From positions 1 through 50,816 of the forward strand of contig JAUCBJ010008397.1 in NCBI GenBank assembly GCA_032718475.1: 50,816 nucleotides of DNA. The letters run 5' to 3'. A program made the translations under genes and the position numbers. Positions 49,070 to 50,816 of the stretch are shown here, in pieces; the first letter of the stretch is position 1, and each line of letters starts with the position of its first letter. The DNA is from Nemertoderma westbladi. Lineage: Eukaryota; Animalia; Xenacoelomorpha. Under the pieces are notes generated by a model. That model saw only the letters and a program-made list of their open reading frames with translations, was not told where the DNA came from and did no database searches.

Positions 49070-50816
49070 TGTAGTACTCTACACCACGGCCTACATGAAG
49101 CAACGTCCCTACTGTAGTTGGTGTACCGGTACCATATATATTATATGCGATATATGCATGATACATGGCGCAGTAATGTGTAGGATCACCCTACATGGTT
49201 ACCTGAACCCATCCTCCCTCCCGCAGCACTAGTAAATATGGATTGAATCATGCCGGACCCTTACAGGTGCCTCATGGCCTTCACTGGTTCCTTCCCATCC
49301 CTCCCCACTAAACTCATCCGGGGCTGATAAGGTTTTTTCCTTCTCTCCCCCCAATGCCATGGAAACCGCAGCAATACCACAGCGACTCCGACACGGATGA
49401 GGCTTGAGACGACAGCCCCGCGGACTCCCCGCCACTACTCAACTTTGACTCCCTTGCATACATCCTGCTGGCCCAGTCCGAGACCACAGACCGCCAGGCA
49501 GCCAAGTCCAAGGCACGAATTCTCTACTTCCTCCAGCATGCGCCGGATGATGCCACTATACAGCTGGCCCATGCCGCACCCCACGCAACCAACCCACCGA
49601 ACTCACATCGCTTAATCGACACCTCGTCGATGGACAAAGTGGACTGTGAGATGTCCCACTCCACCTTCCAATGGTGGCACTCTGCCTGGCAGGACTACCA
49701 ACACCAACAGGTCGACACCTACACCTGACAGACTCAGGTCTACTCTGCCCTCGCGGTGCTTGGAATGGCGTTCCAGGAAATGATCCGGGTTACCCTCCAG
49801 ATCTAAATAAACGACCCAAAAACTGACATGGCACTCATCCTCGATGCTATCCAAACGGATCCTTTTGGACAAAAGATCCATCGCAGTGGATCGGATCACC
49901 TTCCACCGCTGTGTCCAGCATGTGAATGAATCCTTCAACTGGTTCCTGCATCACACAGGAGGAGCTAGCCAACGATGCGCGACTCAGCGAGCACTGCCGT
50001 AACATCCAGCTCGTAACGCAGATCCTCATCGGCATCCGCAATGAGGAGACCAGATGCGATCTCTTTCTCCAAGAATATCTTCCCCAACCAATGCTGATCA
50101 GTGTGTAATGACGTGCCAGACCTTTGAAGCCAGCAGATGGAATGACACCATCCTCGGATTGGGAATGATCTTGAAACTCTCACAATATAAATCGGATAAA
50201 TGGGCCACGACAGAGCCCACACGGGAACAACAGGGATGCTATCAACGCATAGACTGCTGCAAAAGCGGAAACCCGGCATGCTCCCCAAGCCATAATCGCA
50301 ATCGCGCAAACACGAATTCGGGGTCAAACTGCGGCAACTGTGGACATGGACGTCTGGCAGGGAGAGACAAATGCCCCGTCCACGGGTCAACCTGCAGTGG
50401 ATGCGACAGGACAGGCCATTTCCAGAACGTCTGCCAGTCCACACCACCAAACTGCAACCCCAAACCCAGTGGACTGAACTCCATATTCATAAACAACTTA
50501 AACAAGTGTGACTAAAGCGGGGTGACCTGCTCTTTGCTATTTCCATCGAACTATCTCTCCCAGGGTGCACTGATTTGGTATCCGTCGCACACACTCTCGC
50601 TCCCAAACACGGGAGCAGCCACCACTGTCATTAAAGAACATTGTTCTACCAATGCAGTGGCCAATGCAAGGACGTATCAATGTCAAAACAACATCGGCCT
50701 CCTCACGGCCAACAACCTTCCCCTCACTACGGAAGGGCTGGCATCGATCCACATCGAGTATGGGACACGGAGCCACACAAGTGACGCCATCCTGTCACCT
50801 GAGGTCAATAGGTTTC
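49070..50816 (+). mobile_element. Degenerate Ty3/Gypsy (Mag-like) LTR retrotransposon 5' part: candidate short LTR, PBS, gag and protease start
   Basis: LTR-type end ...TACA at 49165 followed by TGG. Gag motifs RSIAVDRITFHRCVQ..NESF and ELANDARLSEHC...QILIGIRNEETR. Double knuckle CGNCG...CPVHGSTCSGCDRTGHFQNVC. Frameshifted DTGA-like motif near 50765. The LTR start is uncertain. Confidence 0.75.
49166..49186 (+). promoter_or_regulatory. Primer-binding site, tRNA-Ser-like
   Basis: TGGCGCAGT...GTAGGAT directly after the CA terminus; resembles the complement of a tRNA-Ser 3' end with a small insertion. Confidence 0.55.

Overview
Eukaryotic (AT-rich invertebrate-like) DNA made almost entirely of transposable elements. 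The left edge has a long intronless WD40-repeat ORF on the minus strand (1042 to <1) that the ORF track missed because it runs off the window. From 1342 to 44951 lies a decayed Academ DNA transposon (TAGTCCGGCAGCCAC TIRs, AAC target duplication) swollen by about 40 kb of insertions. The core (4117-38891) is a Russian-doll nest of a ~1.25-1.28 kb non-autonomous Helitron-like element: 21 plus-strand 5' ends and one fragmented minus-strand frame, repeatedly inserted into each other. The element combines TC...CTAG/CTCG termini with subterminal inverted repeats and a 3' hairpin. Its body is a higher-order ~150-bp repeat with an RFX X-box-like palindrome in every subunit. The nest also holds three copies of one CR1-type LINE insertion, a 1196-bp Mutator-like foldback element, a 178-bp palindrome and a 6912-bp tandem duplication. 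To the right are remnants of a second CR1/L2-group LINE and of hAT(m)-like, RTE, CRE, piggyBac-like, Copia, possible Penelope and Gypsy (Mag-like) elements. All coordinates were read by eye. Family names rest on recalled motifs, not on database searches.
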